61,604 bases of DNA from Octopus bimaculoides (taxonomy: Eukaryota). Under the pieces are notes generated by a model. The model ran no database searches. It was not told the DNA's origin and saw only the letters and a program-made list of their open reading frames with translations. The stretch spans positions 8,493,272-8,554,875 of the forward strand of contig NC_068985.1 in the NCBI RefSeq assembly GCF_001194135.2, in the 5' to 3' direction. This document shows positions 61,180 to 61,604 of this stretch, in pieces (positions within the stretch are counted from its first letter, which is position 1; each line of letters begins with the position of its first letter). The position numbers and the translations under genes were made by a program.

Positions 61180-61510
61180 TACCTGGTTGTGTTTGAGTAA
61201 ATACGATCCAGCTCACTCAATGTTAGTAGCGGTGTCCCACAAGATAGTGTGTTGGGCCCACTCCTCTTCATTATCTAAATCAATGACATAGTAAACGTCA
61301 TCAAACATTCTACATTGAAAATCTTTGCAGACGATTCCAAACACCAGAAAACCATAAATGGTATGGGAGGCCGAACATGTCCTCAATCGAATCTGTTTAC
61401 TCTTGTCCAACTGGCGGAAAAGAACAATATGCTTCTAAATGAAGACAAGTTTCATTTGATCCACTTTGGAAAAGAGTATACACTGAAATTACCATATGCT
61501 CTTCCCATAT
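61180..61510 (+). mobile_element. CR1-type LINE reverse transcriptase fragment
   Basis: SGVPQDSVLGPLLFII*INDI...KIFADDSK (FADD at 61324-61335)...KNNMLLNEDKFHLIHFG. Confidence 0.9.
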
Positions 61511-61555
61511 AAGTAGATAGATAGATAGACAAATATTCCTATGCACACACACACA

Positions 61556-61604
<49 letters not shown>

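Overview
AT-rich, microsatellite-saturated metazoan DNA with eight N-gaps. The repeat families and (TA/CA/AAT)n load point to a coleoid cephalopod, most likely Octopus; this is inference, not a database match. I recognise no host protein-coding exon, rRNA, true tRNA gene or CRISPR array, so the window looks like a large intron or intergenic region. Nearly all long ORFs in the track are microsatellite or gap artefacts. The real coding signal is fragmentary retroelement protein: Tx1/L1-type ORF1 and ORF2, two Gypsy pieces, Penelope-like (PLE) RT and GIY-YIG relics, five R4/Dong-type pieces, two HERO-type pieces, two RTE, two CR1, and Tc1/mariner C-termini. There are roughly 30 copies of one tRNA-derived SINE (here family A), several tRNA/CORE-like SINEs (family B) and foldback MITEs. 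The most interesting signal is a set of minimal type I hammerhead ribozyme (HHR) motifs with a loop-less palindromic helix III. One family is fused behind a tRNA-like Pol III head through an (AAT)n linker (three copies, two head-to-head). A second family has a non-canonical A6U core, and a third scaffold lacks GAAA. All sit among PLE coding relics, suggesting a PLE-dependent, ribozyme-carrying SINE/retrozyme system. Whether it is already described in cephalopods could not be checked here.
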